Both the position numbers and the translations under genes were made by a program. From the NCBI GenBank assembly GCA_000708835.1, contig DF237477.1:1-63776 (forward strand): a stretch of DNA of 63,776 bases, given 5' to 3'. This stretch comes from Klebsormidium nitens (taxonomy: Eukaryota > Plantae > Klebsormidiophyceae). A model generated the notes under the pieces. The model made no database searches. It saw only the letters and a list, made by a program, of their open reading frames with translations, and was not told where the DNA came from. Shown here piece after piece: positions 49,101 through 61,277 of this stretch. Numbering within the stretch: the first letter of the stretch is position 1; each line of letters opens with the position of its first letter.

Positions 49101-52100
49101 ATCAGAGACACAAGAAGCGAGTGCAAAGCTCTTGAGACGCAACATGCCGAACCAAACGATAGAACTATAGATGTAAGCGAAGAGTGCCTCTGCCGAAATT
49201 GAAAGTCAAAGTTAGAAGTGCATGCGTCTGCCCGCAAAAGCGGCCATCGCACACTGCAGCACCGGCACTGCGCCTCGCTTGTATTAAGTTCGAGACCTTG
49301 ACCAGCTTGATGACTCGGTGCTCAATCCGCTTACTGTCATGGAGGGAAAAGGCTATCAGAAGGTAGAGCTTGTGGCCTTCTATCAGGTGGGTTATTTTCG
49401 CAATCGAAATATACTCCCAATATCATTTGGTCCCTTCGTCTTGGAAGGGCCGAAAATCCCCGATCGAAAACAGGGCAGCAGGTGCAGAGCATATCTAGAT
49501 GAAGTAAATAGTGGCTAAATGCGCCAAACCGAATCAAGGGTCCCAAGAGGTTGGAGCAACAAAACCAAGAAACAAGCGCAAGCATTCAGAGTGCAGGTCC
49601 ATGCGACTTACGTGGCAGCTCAGAGCTGCATAACACTGTAACAAGATTCGCGGCCCTCGCAACTTTGCTTTGGGAGGTCAACAATCATGCGAGTATCGAT
49701 TGAGGGGCCTCGAGCAACACGGGGAGTCCTGAACTAATCAGGCTGATTACGAGACTTGAGACGCAAATGAGGTGACTGAAAACCGACAATTACCCTGGCT
49801 CCAAGGCTGGCTACGGTACAAGTCTGTTTGTTGGACATAAATCCACAAATTAAACAGCCCATAATCATTCATGATAATCAAAGTCAACAGAATAATGATT
49901 CGCCCGAATTCTGGCTCAGAATTTCAATCCTAGGCAGCTTGGCAAACTTTCGGTGTGCCGCCGCCATCATTCTTCCTTCCCGTCGCGTGCTATACGGAAC
50001 CAAGAATGGCAGCGCCGCCATACCAAGGCGGTATGCTCGTTTCCCAATCTCAATCGATCAGCATCGCCAGCAAAATGATGTCGATCACTGACTTAAGCAG
50101 GTAGCACGGCCCGTGTGCAGCCAGCAGTGCTTGATTCTTTTGAAAGCTGCAAGGAGATAGTGCACGAGGCAAAATAAAAGCAATATCATTGGGGATGTTT
50201 GAGCGAGGCTGGGAGGAGACTACATGAAGTAAAGGTGTTTGTTTTACCCAGTAGCATAGAGAGAGAATCTTATAAGTCAGTTTTGCCTTGGTTCTTCTCA
50301 CCACGAACTCTGACCCTAATGAATTATAAGTTACAAGGGTGGCTCGACGCTAGTCAACGGGATGTGACAATTTAGATCGTGTCACTCAAATTTTTCCTGG
50401 CCGTTGAATATTATCTCATTTAAGAGTTTCTTGGCATGTTATGGGAACGTCCAACACTGAAAACGTGGGCACCCTGGAAGGACATCGACTCCCTCTCAAA
50501 ACTAATGTGGGGCGTGTGACATTATTGAGCGAGAAATTAAGCACGTGAGCTCAGAGAGCTGGCCGTAGGCAAGTGATTTTCAATGATGGAGATGTAGCAA
50601 AACAAAACGCGTAAGAGGGGCTCAGCAAAATGCCCTCGGTTGGCGGATATGGGCGCGCCATAAGAGAACGGCGTCACTGCCACCTCCTATCATAAACCTT
50701 TTCCGAGACAGCCGCGGTGGGGTAGCTTTCCGGATGCCTTATAGAACCTCTGACCGTTGCCAAATCGTCAAAAAACTCGGCTTCAACGCCTGTGAGGTGT
50801 AGGTTGTGCTTTCCATCTCGAAGACAGAATTGCTAAGTTGGTGCTGTGGGCGGCCCGCAAAGAGGCGACAATTATTTGCAATGAGAATGCCCAGAATCTA
50901 GCAATGGATTCAATCAACTGCGCGAGCACGCGTTCGAGTTGACCCTAAGCTTGTTCGATGGGATTTCATTCAGCAAAAGAACATATCCCTGAGAACCCGC
51001 TGATGAACACGAGCAAAGGGCGACGATTCGTCACCGGTTTCGAGATTCGGTGATTCGGACGGGCCTGATCATGAGAGCTTCCATTCTTACATGAAGCTGG
51101 TTTGGAAAGTCCAGTAAAAGGTGTGATAAAAGTGGGACGCGGACCTTCAGAGAAGCGAGATGCAAAAGAACGAGCGGCAGAGCGGACAGTGGGGATAGTC
51201 ACAAGCAAGGTGTGGCTCCACGGCAGTACAAATAGTGACAGTTTTCATGCCGCAACAGTCACAGTATAATCAGCTAGGGACGCAAAGCTTCGGTCTTCCT
51301 TGCCACTTGGTCAAGCGCAAAACATTAATGGTTAGTTATGGATGGCCTCTGACTGCCCGATCCTTTGAAAAACACCGACTGTGGCCCCAGAACTGGAGGG
51401 AAACGGGGCCTCCAGAAAAGGCACCCTGGAAGAACGCGCCGCGCTTCCAAGTCCTTTCGAGAGACTCTGGGCGTTTGATTGTAAGCCGAGACAAAAAGAA
51501 AGTGAACTTGGAGGAGCAGGTTCGCAGGCGTCGTACGGTCAGCAGGAATACAACGGATCAAACTATGCGCCGATGGCTCAGAGTTTCCGATCGTCTCATT
51601 TACAACTGGCGTGCAATGGACGCGCCAGAAAAGAAAACTTCCTTGCCGATCACATGTTGATCCCTGTCGTTGGCACACGTGTCAAATGCTTCAGCAACTT
51701 TGTCGGTTGCTCTCTCGCATGACTGCGGATGTCGAACGGCGCAAGAATGTCAAAACCAGCGCAATCCCGGTTAAGATGGGCGCTAGCTGCTCGCACATAG
51801 GCTGCCGCCATCTCAATGCCTTTGGGCGTCCCACAGAAGATGGGGTACGTCGCTGGCATGTTCGAATGAAGTTACATGTCTAGGCAAGCCATTCAGGACT
51901 GAAGACCCAGTAAGAGACACTGCCTGTTGGGAGCTCCGCAAATAGCGACTTCCAGACTGTAAGAAGACGGCAGCGGAGAAGATTAGAGCGGCCGTCTAGT
52001 TCAGTGTTACCTCACAGTATGTCAGGATCGAACCGTGGTCTCCATGGCAGAGGCAAGACTATACAATGGGGCTCAGGAGGCAAGTCAAGCAGCTGGCGTT

Positions 52101-54560
52101 CCTTGCGGTGCCACGCCGGAGCTCTTCAAGCCCTCTATTTCTCTCACAAGAGCGGCCTTTGCGCTTTGCATAGAAAGAGGGAGGCTTCGTGCAGCCTGAC
52201 TGAGCGAAGCACTCAAGAAGAGCTTTGAAGTGGCCGCCCCGCGAGCGCATTGAAAGTATGCTCGCTTTGGTCTCATCGGGCGCTCAAGACGAGCCGCCAG
52301 ACCCAGCTTGTCTTGGATATCAGATCAAAACGGTTTCTTCCGAAAAGGACCAGGGAAAGCGAGAATAAAGTAAAGCAGTTTGAGGCAGATGGTGAAACAT
52401 CACGAGGAAGTCGCTCATACGCTGTAGCAAATGACATCTTGATGCCCATGAGGCGCTCATTTTGACAGCTTTCTTTGCCGTTTTTGCAATTTTCTTCACT
52501 TTTCTAGTGAGTCAAATAGGATCCCAGATGCAACCCAAAGTATTTATTAGTCGTTTTGAACAGACCTACATGCCCAAGCAAAATTTCAGATAAAAAAGAC
52601 TCGATCTGCAAACGACGCTTCGGCGAAAAGGAGATCGGACGTGCCCTTAACCTTTGTTTGCAGCCTGCGGGAACTTTACTCAGAGGCCTATATCTGAGGT
52701 TCGAAGGCTTCTACTACACACGACTTTCGCTTTAGGCTCACCGGTGTATGTGGCTATCGATCAAATCTCTTAACCATTTGCAGCAGGCGTTGGACGACAT
52801 ATGATAAGAATGAAGAGCGGTGAATGATTTTTCAGGATGGAAATGAACTGGCTTATTGCCGCTGATTGTCAAGCGGCAAGCCCATTCTCAGGACGGCTCC
52901 TAAAAGTTTTTAGCTACTTCTAAATAGGTGTCGAGTTAGTGGATACTTGGGAAGGAGGAAGCAAGGATCTGAAGAGCTAGGATGTTGGGAGTGAATCCCA
53001 GATCAGGAAAAGATCAAAGACAAACGGAATATAGGACCTATGTTACGAGGGCATGATAAACCCAGAAACGTGTCCTCTTGTGCTTCGGGTGCAGCTCAAA
53101 CTGTTGCAATCGAGTCTGACTGGCATGTTTGCCAGACACGAAATTTTCAATGCCACGTTTGCAAACGCCGTTTCGTTTGGTGTCTCAAAAGCGGCAAATT
53201 TCGTAGTAGCCGGACACGCTTCATCCGGCGTACGAGATTGCTTCTTTCGCGAAGCAGTGTGCGGCGACCGCAGAGCTGGGCACATGGTTACGAAGTCGCC
53301 GTCGATAGAGCTACAGCGCAGTCTTGGACGACGGGCGAGCACGTTCCTGATTTCAAAGTTGCTCTTTAAATCCACCTATCCAGAGAACTCCTATGTTGTA
53401 GCTTCAGGCAGTACAAAAGAGCAGCCAGAACGACGGTTTGTTCGGGAGAGGCGAGATCGTCTAAGGAAAAGGAAGTGGCTAAGAAAAGATCCAGATCTCC
53501 TTACGGCAAAGCCTCATCTTCAGAATCTTCCTTGCAACGTCCCAGAATGTATTGACTCCGTCGTTTGAATAAAAGCTTACTGAGGTTGTGAAAGTCGTGT
53601 GTCAGCGGCTAAATATGCGTCTGGGCCTTACTGCGTGGGCTTTGTTTAGACAGGTTCACTAGCTAGCTATGTCAAAGAACGCGAGCGGTCTGAGAGAAGG
53701 GAGAGAATCTCATGCAGCATATTATGAGGGCGCCAAAAGGTGAGAAACGACCCGCGGTTCGAACGAACGGGATAGAAGTCGGAACTGATTTCCAGAATCA
53801 GATGGTTTATTGCGAGCTCTCCAAAGAACCAATCAAAGAACGCGTCAATGATGAATCAAACGGACCCACTTAGAAAAGAAGACTTCCGTGATGGCCATAA
53901 GAGGTATAGCTGCAGTCGTCTTTGTAACGAGGGCCCTTAGAGAAAAAGACGTCAGGGAGCTGCGAAGAAGGGACGTGACAAGATGCGACCAAAAGGAGGA
54001 ATTAAATGTTCACCTAGACTAACCTTGCGGGACATCGTTAAGAGGCGAAAGGCGGAAGATTGCTCTCATGCGGTTTGGACATGGCTCACGGCCCTCGCTC
54101 ATTGGCATGTTTTGCCAGACAGGATGCCATCATCGCCATCTTTGACGTAAAGGCGGTTTTGGCCGCCCTCTTGACAGTGCAGTCACTTGAAGTTTAAGCG
54201 GCACGGCAATCAATTTGTGTTGAGACCGCTCCAGCCTGAGCATATGAGAAGTAAGCGGCGAGCAAAAAGCTGGGCGCTTTACTTGAAAGTTGCCGCAACG
54301 AAAGTGCTACTTGGTAATTTTGGGCGACTGGCAAGCAGGGTACGTCATGCTCTCATAATCCCTCTTCTTTCTGATTTGATTGTGATATTAACCATGCGGG
54401 CGCCTTCAGAAGAGCTGACAAAAGAAGAGCTAGAACGGCTCGACTGGACACCCGAACGTCCGGTAAAACGGAAGTGGCTAATTAAGAATGTAAGGTCAGG
54501 CGTTGACTTGCAATGTTGCGGAGCCGCTTTTCTTCCGAGTCTTCCTTGCCGATAACCTCG
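37150..54560 (+). pseudogene. Dispersed/tandem array of degenerate paralogous coding relics of an unrecognised family
   Basis: 42480-44250 is co-linear with 46340-47960 at an offset of ~3.75 kb (CCTTGCCATTCGTTT at 42593/46352; CAAGCGAGCGGCCGAGG; MKTHLQAVRKWLM...IATLTNGVLFDISSG vs MKTRPRSAVWRWLI...IATLANAVLSFDVSQG). Partial matches occur at 37150-37400, 51560-51900, 53100-53560 and 54050-54560. All copies contain stops or frameshifts. Confidence 0.6.
40392..40440. repeat. Short tandem repeat, 15-bp unit AAACCTAGCTTGATC x3
   Basis: Read directly from the sequence; the first unit has one mismatch. Confidence 0.85.
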
Positions 54561-57500
54561 AAACTTGCCTTCTAAACTTGAATGCTGAGAGACGCTGTCA
54601 AATCCATGCTTCCGTGACTAGGCATGCATCTGTGCTTTTCGCTTCCGGCGCGACAGAAACGAAAGAGTAATTTGGTGGGCAGTTCTGATCGAGAGATTCG
54701 CTTTATGTGGGCTCCTTTTTAGAAGCTTCATTCTTGGATTTATCAGCAGGAAAAATGTCTTCTCAACTGGACGTAACTCTTGAATCGTGCCTTTTGATCT
54801 GGAACCAGAAGCAACATCAAAGAGAACCGAATAGTAGGTGAATTATCACGTACAGAAGTGCGAAGAATGGAACGCCGGGCGTCCCTAGAAGCCCTGTATA
54901 CGTTTGAACTGCTTTTTAAGTGCTCATCTGAGCTATAAATTACAAGCACTACGGGTTAGGTGTAAAGCTGAAACTGACGCAGAGACGAGCAATATCAAGA
55001 ATCTCGGAAGCTTTGAAGACAAGTCGTCTGTATCGAGTCCAAGTGCGGTCTCGTAAACAGCGCCACGTTTTGCGCAGCCTCCAAGGGTACTGTTTGTTAT
55101 GCTGCTGTTATTGCGCTCGGCTCAGAACCTTAATACGAGAGCGCTCTTGGCAATATTATGATGTCATTGTGCCAGCGCAAAGTCTTCTTCCCTGCCGCTT
55201 TCACGCGTATTAGACATTGCAGAATCCGCATATCATGATTCCTTTGGTTCAGCGATCGCTTCTGCGTTTCTGCGTCCGGTGCGTCAAAAGTGCGTCTCAG
55301 TGGGCCCCAAATTCACAAAGTACCAGCGAAGTGAAGCGCTGTCCATTATTAGGACCTGCCTCTGAAGCTTTGGGCTTGACTGGGCATCTACGAGTGGACA
55401 ACATGGCGGCTCGGATTGGTAGCCAAGCCCGCAGAATGATTGGAAGCGTAAGAACCCACTCGAGACTCTACATTAACATGATGAATTTATCTTCGAAGGA
55501 TCGATAGCTCTGCAGATTCTAGAAGTCAGTAAAGCGCTACTGAAGCACGTCGGCATCAAAAAACTGATTGAAATTCAAACGGACGGGCGGCTCAGAAGCC
55601 AAAGATGTGCTTGTCGCACTGGGAGTGCGTCGATATTTCGCCTTCGTTTCATCGCCCACGTCTTTCCCGGTGGCTTCACGTCCGACATTCCTCTGAACCA
55701 AGACTCAAGCAATTGGGATCAACTTTGCGAAGCAGCCTCTAATGAAGTGCTGAATTAACCGCCGCGTGTAGATACATATCTGATAACATGAACCCACGAC
55801 CAGGCTGTGACTTTCCTGAATTCTGAAGTTTGTACTTACTTCGTGGCTCTCAGTCCCCTCTGATCGAAAGCATTCCATTGGCACGTTATATAACGGCACC
55901 ATTTCTGAAATGAACGAAGTTCAATGCGCCATCATCTTTGCGTCCTCATCCACTTGTTTCCTTGCAAAGGTGTTGATTGCAAAAGCGCCCACCTCAAAAC
56001 GAACGGAAGCCACCAGTCGAAGAAGGAAAGCTGGGCCGCTCTGAGCATGCATTCGCGGCGGTACGGCTACTTCAAATCGATTTGAAATAGGTCACTGGGC
56101 ACACCAGCAACTCCGGTTTTCTTTAACGGAACAGGTTAGCGTGGCTCTCACAGAACTGACGGACCATTCACCGGGACCGGTGAATGGGCGGACGTGAAAA
56201 TATCCTGGCCAGGTTACTTGGTCCCAGAGATGGTCCTGAAAGGAAAACAAAATTTGACCAATGCGGACGGACCACTGGTTAGGAATTTCTAGCTTCGCCC
56301 AACCTTCTAACAAGGTTTGATGGGCTCCATTTTTGGATCGCGCATGTATCGTCTACATCGCCACAAAGCTGCTCTGCTGAGTTCGTTCACAGCAGGAGAC
56401 CTCTGCGCTTGATTTTTCGGACGGCTAGCAAGTAAAGGCAGATTCGAAGCTTTGCAGGGGAGTCGGATTCACTAGATAAGAAACCTCCGCGAATCAATTG
56501 GGGCGCCTTCGCAGGATCCGACAGTCGGATGGCGGACGCCTTGGCCTGGAAAACGCGTTATGAATGTTTGCTTCAGCTTCGGACCAGCCCACTCGGGTTT
56601 CAAAATCTCAACCCACAGAAACAGCGTAGTAGGTGCATCTCAAACCCGACAGACTGCGAGACCACTTACTGATATTGTCCAGAGACTGGATATCTCAAAC
56701 GACGCTTCAAATAAAGAAGCGGAGACTCTGGATAAAAGCAGATAAGAGGCGCAGGATCAGCGCAATCGTGCAAGCGTGGTTCAGAGCTGCGGACAACGGT
56801 TCGACTGGTGGGCTGAGGGCCCATTACGCCAGCAGCACATACAAATCCTTTCCTTTCCATATGATCGACCGATCCCGTTTGATAGAGAAGCAGCCAGAAC
56901 TATGTTAAGGTGAGGCAAACCGTTCCCCATAACCCTGCCGGACGTCGAAACGGTAAGTGGGCTTATAAGATACACGAGTCGGTGTTTGGCAAAGGTCCAG
57001 AGCGCCACCACACCATGCTTCTTCCATGTCATTTAGGGTTCATGTGCTTTACGTATTCAATAGAAGTTTAGTGATGTCAGCTTGACGGACAATCGACCTT
57101 TGAGATGGCTTGCCTTTGGCGTCGATTGCCATCTCGAGTCTCCCGAGTTTGCCTCGAAGTCAAGGGAAGTTGCATGGAATAGCCACGCCTGCTATAAGCT
57201 TGAACGGTGTAACTGGATAGATCCAAAGAATTTGATCCACGAGTCCTTTTGAGCTGCGGCAAATATGCCTCGTACTCGTCTTTTGACAGCCGTGATGCTC
57301 GTACGTAATATAACGTCTTTGAGAGCATGTCAAAAATAGTTGTGTCAAGGAAGGCTGAAGACGCATAACAAGAGCAGGCGGGAGGGAAATAGTGCTTCAG
57401 CGAGGGGCACAAGAAGGGGCGCTGCGAGAAATTTTCAATGCAGAAGCAAGGCAGGATTCTCTTTAAATCATCTGTGACTTTGGGCTACCCCGCAGGTTCG

Positions 57501-59094
57501 TGTTGATACAGTGACTCTTGGAACGCATGGCTTAGATAAGTCCAATGCCCACTACTCCTGGCAAAGGGCTTTTGTGCCAGCACGGCTCTGTCTTCCCAGC
57601 CTGTCACGTGCGAAAAGTCCTCATGCAACGCTGAGAATCGGTCCATACTGTTTCCTCCATGGGCCATCCGTAGACGCAACGCGCCGGAAATTGTTCTGAC
57701 GGAAAAAGGGTGAGTAAGCAGCACGTAAGCAGTAAGGATTGAAAAGCGCTCTAGGCATTCGTACCAATCGACCGGAAGTAGGATGCCGCTTTGCCTGCAC
57801 AACGTGACCGTCGACCGCCCATGCTGCGCATTGTCATATTAACGGGCACGCGCAAGACTCTAAAGTTTGAGCGATGGACCTTGGTCGCAGCCGGGACTTC
57901 AACACAGAGGAAGGTCGAAGTGGCTAGGATCATCGTGTTCTTCATGAAGCAGGAGTCCCAGTATCCTATTCATCTCTGCCAGTTGAATCTCGGCGTCCTG
58001 GTTCCGGTGGGTTAATCGAGTGGAGGCCTTGAATTCCGATTCAAGCGTAATCTTATATTGACCAAAGATCTGCGCTTTGATCTATGTACCGGTACTGGGC
58101 GGTGCAGGCGCGAAGGAGCAAAACTGCGCTTTCGCCTCAGAAATTCGATTGCGAGCTTCGGCTGTGGAGCGCAAGCGCTGGGCGCCTTTATCGCAAGACT
58201 GATTGTTCGCTTCGCAAGGCCCCTAGCGCAATAAGCGGAAAAGCAAGGGCTCGTCGGGGTCCGCGGATCGACCAAGTCCTTACCTCAAATATGTTGAGGT
58301 CAACTCTGAAACTCAAAGAAAAGTCGGAAGAAACAATCTGCTTGTATTTTAAATCAAGGGGAGACGGGCTAACCCAGGCAAATCCAATCGAAGACGCAAA
58401 CTCTGACACTTACGTCTGAATGAGAAGAAAAAGGCGTCTGAGTCTGATACACTGGAAGAGAACGGTAGGCCCAACTTGAGCTGACGATCAACACGGCATT
58501 AAGGGGAAGCACCTGTTGAGGAAACAGCCGGGGAAAGTGGAAGCCAGGCAAGTAAACAGCACGAAGGACCAGAAACGGAAGCTGATGAGAAAACGTATTT
58601 GGAAGTTAGACATGACAAAGCAGGTTCGGCTTCATCTGTGGACCGACCCGACAAATATGCATCGATGCTGCGGAGACAGAATTGGCTCGCTTTTCATCAC
58701 GAGCAAACACATTGGCTGAAACGGCCAGTGCGCTCCGCTCCTTGCCAGCCTTCGGTTTTCGCCTCCTTTCTCGTGTGGAGAGGTCGCAAGCCGGGGGGGC
58801 ATCTGGGTTGTGCAACAAAGCCACGACCTTAACCTCCTAAGCGCCCAAACAACAGCCCAAGTTAAAGTGAGTTGCAACCCAATCCGATCTGGTTCTGAAT
58901 TTGATTCCTTCAAATAAGGGTAGATTTTGTACTGTGGCTAACGAGCTTAGCACCTCTGGAGCAGAAAGAAGGGCGTGGGATGGTCAAAGCTGATTGGCTC
59001 ATGCGTCCGATTGGGCGTGTGAGGCGTGGCAGTACACCCAATGCGCATCCTCCTGGCCAGCTTTCTTCACAAAAGATGCACCAGAAACTCTGAG

Positions 59095-61277
59095 CACTGC
59101 GAGAAAGCGTTTCGTCCGAACCAGGTCCGAAGTGGGTCCGAAGTGATTTCACCTGTCCAATCCCGATCCGAAAGCTTTAGACGCCGTTCAGACATGTCGG
59201 ATGTCCGAAATTGGTCCGAATTGGGTCCGAAGCAGATCCGGTCTGGATCCGAAGTAAATCTGTGCAATTCTTCTTCCTTCAACTTCTTATCAATAGGATC
59301 AAAACAGCTTGTCATGCCATGATGCACGCCGCTAGCTGCGCCGCTAAGTTCGCATGCCATGTATATCATGTGGTCACTAGCACTCAGGTCGATTGCGTGC
59401 ACTCATCAAGAATATTCAATTAAGCCACGCATATCATGGCACCTCACAAATTGAATCATTCGATCATTGACCTTCACACAGGCTGTGTGTCATGTGGCAC
59501 ATGATACAAAACGTACATGGCATGGACAGCGTCAAACCAGTGAGTATGACGCTGCTTAAGTTACTTGATTGAATGCCCGCTCATATGAGAGAAGTTTCGA
59601 GCTCGCATGTACAGCTCGCTCATGAGTCTCCGTGTGGTATAATAAGAATCCTACAGATTGACCATGACTCAGTGAAGGATGCATTCCGACTTTTGCACTT
59701 TTCCATTGTACTTTCCTGGAGATGATTCGCCTTATATTGCTGTTTGGGTTGAGCGGAACAATCAACACTTGTTCGTGACAGTCAGGTAGCTTCTAGAAAC
59801 ACTCCGCTCAGTAAGAAGCCGACCGAACCTGGAAAACGGGCCGTGGCGCGTTCACGCACCGTGAGCACTCCTAGACGAGAGGTTGTGTACTTGCTGCAGT
59901 AACCTCTCCTGCTCCCGAGCTCCAACAACAGGCAGCTAGCACAACGACCGTGACCGTTCAACAACAACTCGGCTCAACCGACTACACAACTCGCAGCCAA
60001 TCAAAGTCCTCGGGAATGACAAGGGAGAACGAACGTCCTGCTCTCGTTCCCTTTCTCCTTGGCGAAGATGAACTTGGTTAGGAGACAACTCGCGTCGAAG
60101 AACTTCCCGGCAAGTAGTGGCTGGCTTGCGTCGATTACCTCCAAACCCCTCTCCTGCTTCGGTTGCCCGTAGACGGTCAGCTTAACCAGCCGCAGCTGCT
60201 CTCCCGTGACGTCATCTGAAAGTCTTAGGAACCGCAGAATGGTCGCATACGCGGCCTTGGCTTGCCCCCCCTTCCCGATCGGCACCCGCGCTTGAACGTT
60301 GAAAGAGTGTCGAGCCTTCGTGGCTTGGTGCTCCTGCGTTTGGAAACCCTCCCCGCCTACTTGCGCTGCCCGGAACTCGTGCACCGACCAGCGAGTGACG
60401 TCAGCCGTGAAGCCGATGCTCTCTGCCAGTCCGCCTAAATCCGCCAGGTCGCCGTCTTCAATCTGCCCCACCCGGATCTCCCGGCCCACGTGCAGGAATT
60501 GTATGCCGTTCTGCAACTCGTCTGTGGGGCCCTTGAAGGGCTCTGGTTCGGGGGTTTCCGCAAGACCAACTAGGGGCGCGTACTCCGGGTGCAAAGTTCT
60601 CTGGTTACAAAGGAACAACGTGGCCACGTGTCTTTTGCAGAGCCACGAGAAGCTTGCTTCCGAGCACGACGCGCGCTGGGCTCGGGCAAGGAACGCAAGC
60701 CGGGTCCTCGTGGAGAGCCAAGTCGGTCTGAAGGACGAAGGGGACTCCAAAGCGGAGGCTGATGCTGGCGGGAAAAATGCCAAGAAGAGTCGGAGAGGGA
60801 AGGGGCGGGCACGTAAATGAGCAACGGATCAAATGTTGACAAAACGTCTAGGACTTAGCTTTAGCAAAAAGCTGTAGTCAGATGAAGGTAGATGAAGGTA
60901 CTTCGTCGCAGTATCAGAGTAGCTTCTCTCCGACCGAACGGTGGACTGCATCCGCAGCAAGTGCACTGGACTCTTGTATTCAGATCATAATTGGACCCGC
61001 TTCGGATCCCTTTCGGATCGTGTCCAGACAGAATGTAACATTTCGGACCTATCCGAACCACGTCTGAAAGTGTCTAATTCGGACAGAAATTTTGGTCCGA
61101 AGTGAGTCCAAACCTGGTCCGAACCCGGTCCAGATCCGATCCGAACTGCATGTCCGTCTTGCAGCATCAATCTTAAGCATGTCCGAAACGGGTCCGAACC
61201 AGTCCGAACTCCGTCTGAACCGCAATTCAGTTCGGATTGACTTCGGACCTAGTTCGGACAAAAGGTTTCTCGCAGTG
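59095..61277. mobile_element. Non-autonomous CACTA (En/Spm) element of CACTG subtype, 2183 bp
   Basis: Left end CACTGCGAGAAAGCGTTTCGTCCGAACCAGGTCCGAAGT; right end (reverse complement) CACTGCGAGAAACCTTTTGTCCGAACTAGGTCCGAAGT. The first 12 bp are a perfect TIR. 3-bp TSD GAG (59092-59094, 61278-61280). Dense (G/T)TCCGAA subterminal repeats in both orientations at 59110-59255 and 60990-61260. Confidence 0.9.
60001..60783 (-). pseudogene. 260-codon open frame inside the CACTG element; probable transposase C-terminal remnant or captured gene fragment
   Basis: The frame is long and uninterrupted but begins at TTG, not ATG. The segment ARHSFN...AAYATILRFLRL...LRLVKLTVY...LEVID...KFFDASCLLTK resembles, from memory, the beta-rich C-terminal region of EnSpm/Plavaka-like transposases. 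No DDE core is visible. Confidence 0.4.

Noticed and set aside
24000-58000. Endogenous giant-virus or bacterial HGT island
   Set aside because: I recognised no viral or bacterial hallmark gene. The relics retain spliceosomal signals and look like decayed host or TE sequence.
60299-60820. 173-aa plus-strand ORF inside the CACTG element
   Set aside because: It is antisense to the longer, more protein-like minus frame and has Ser/Pro/Cys-rich shadow composition.
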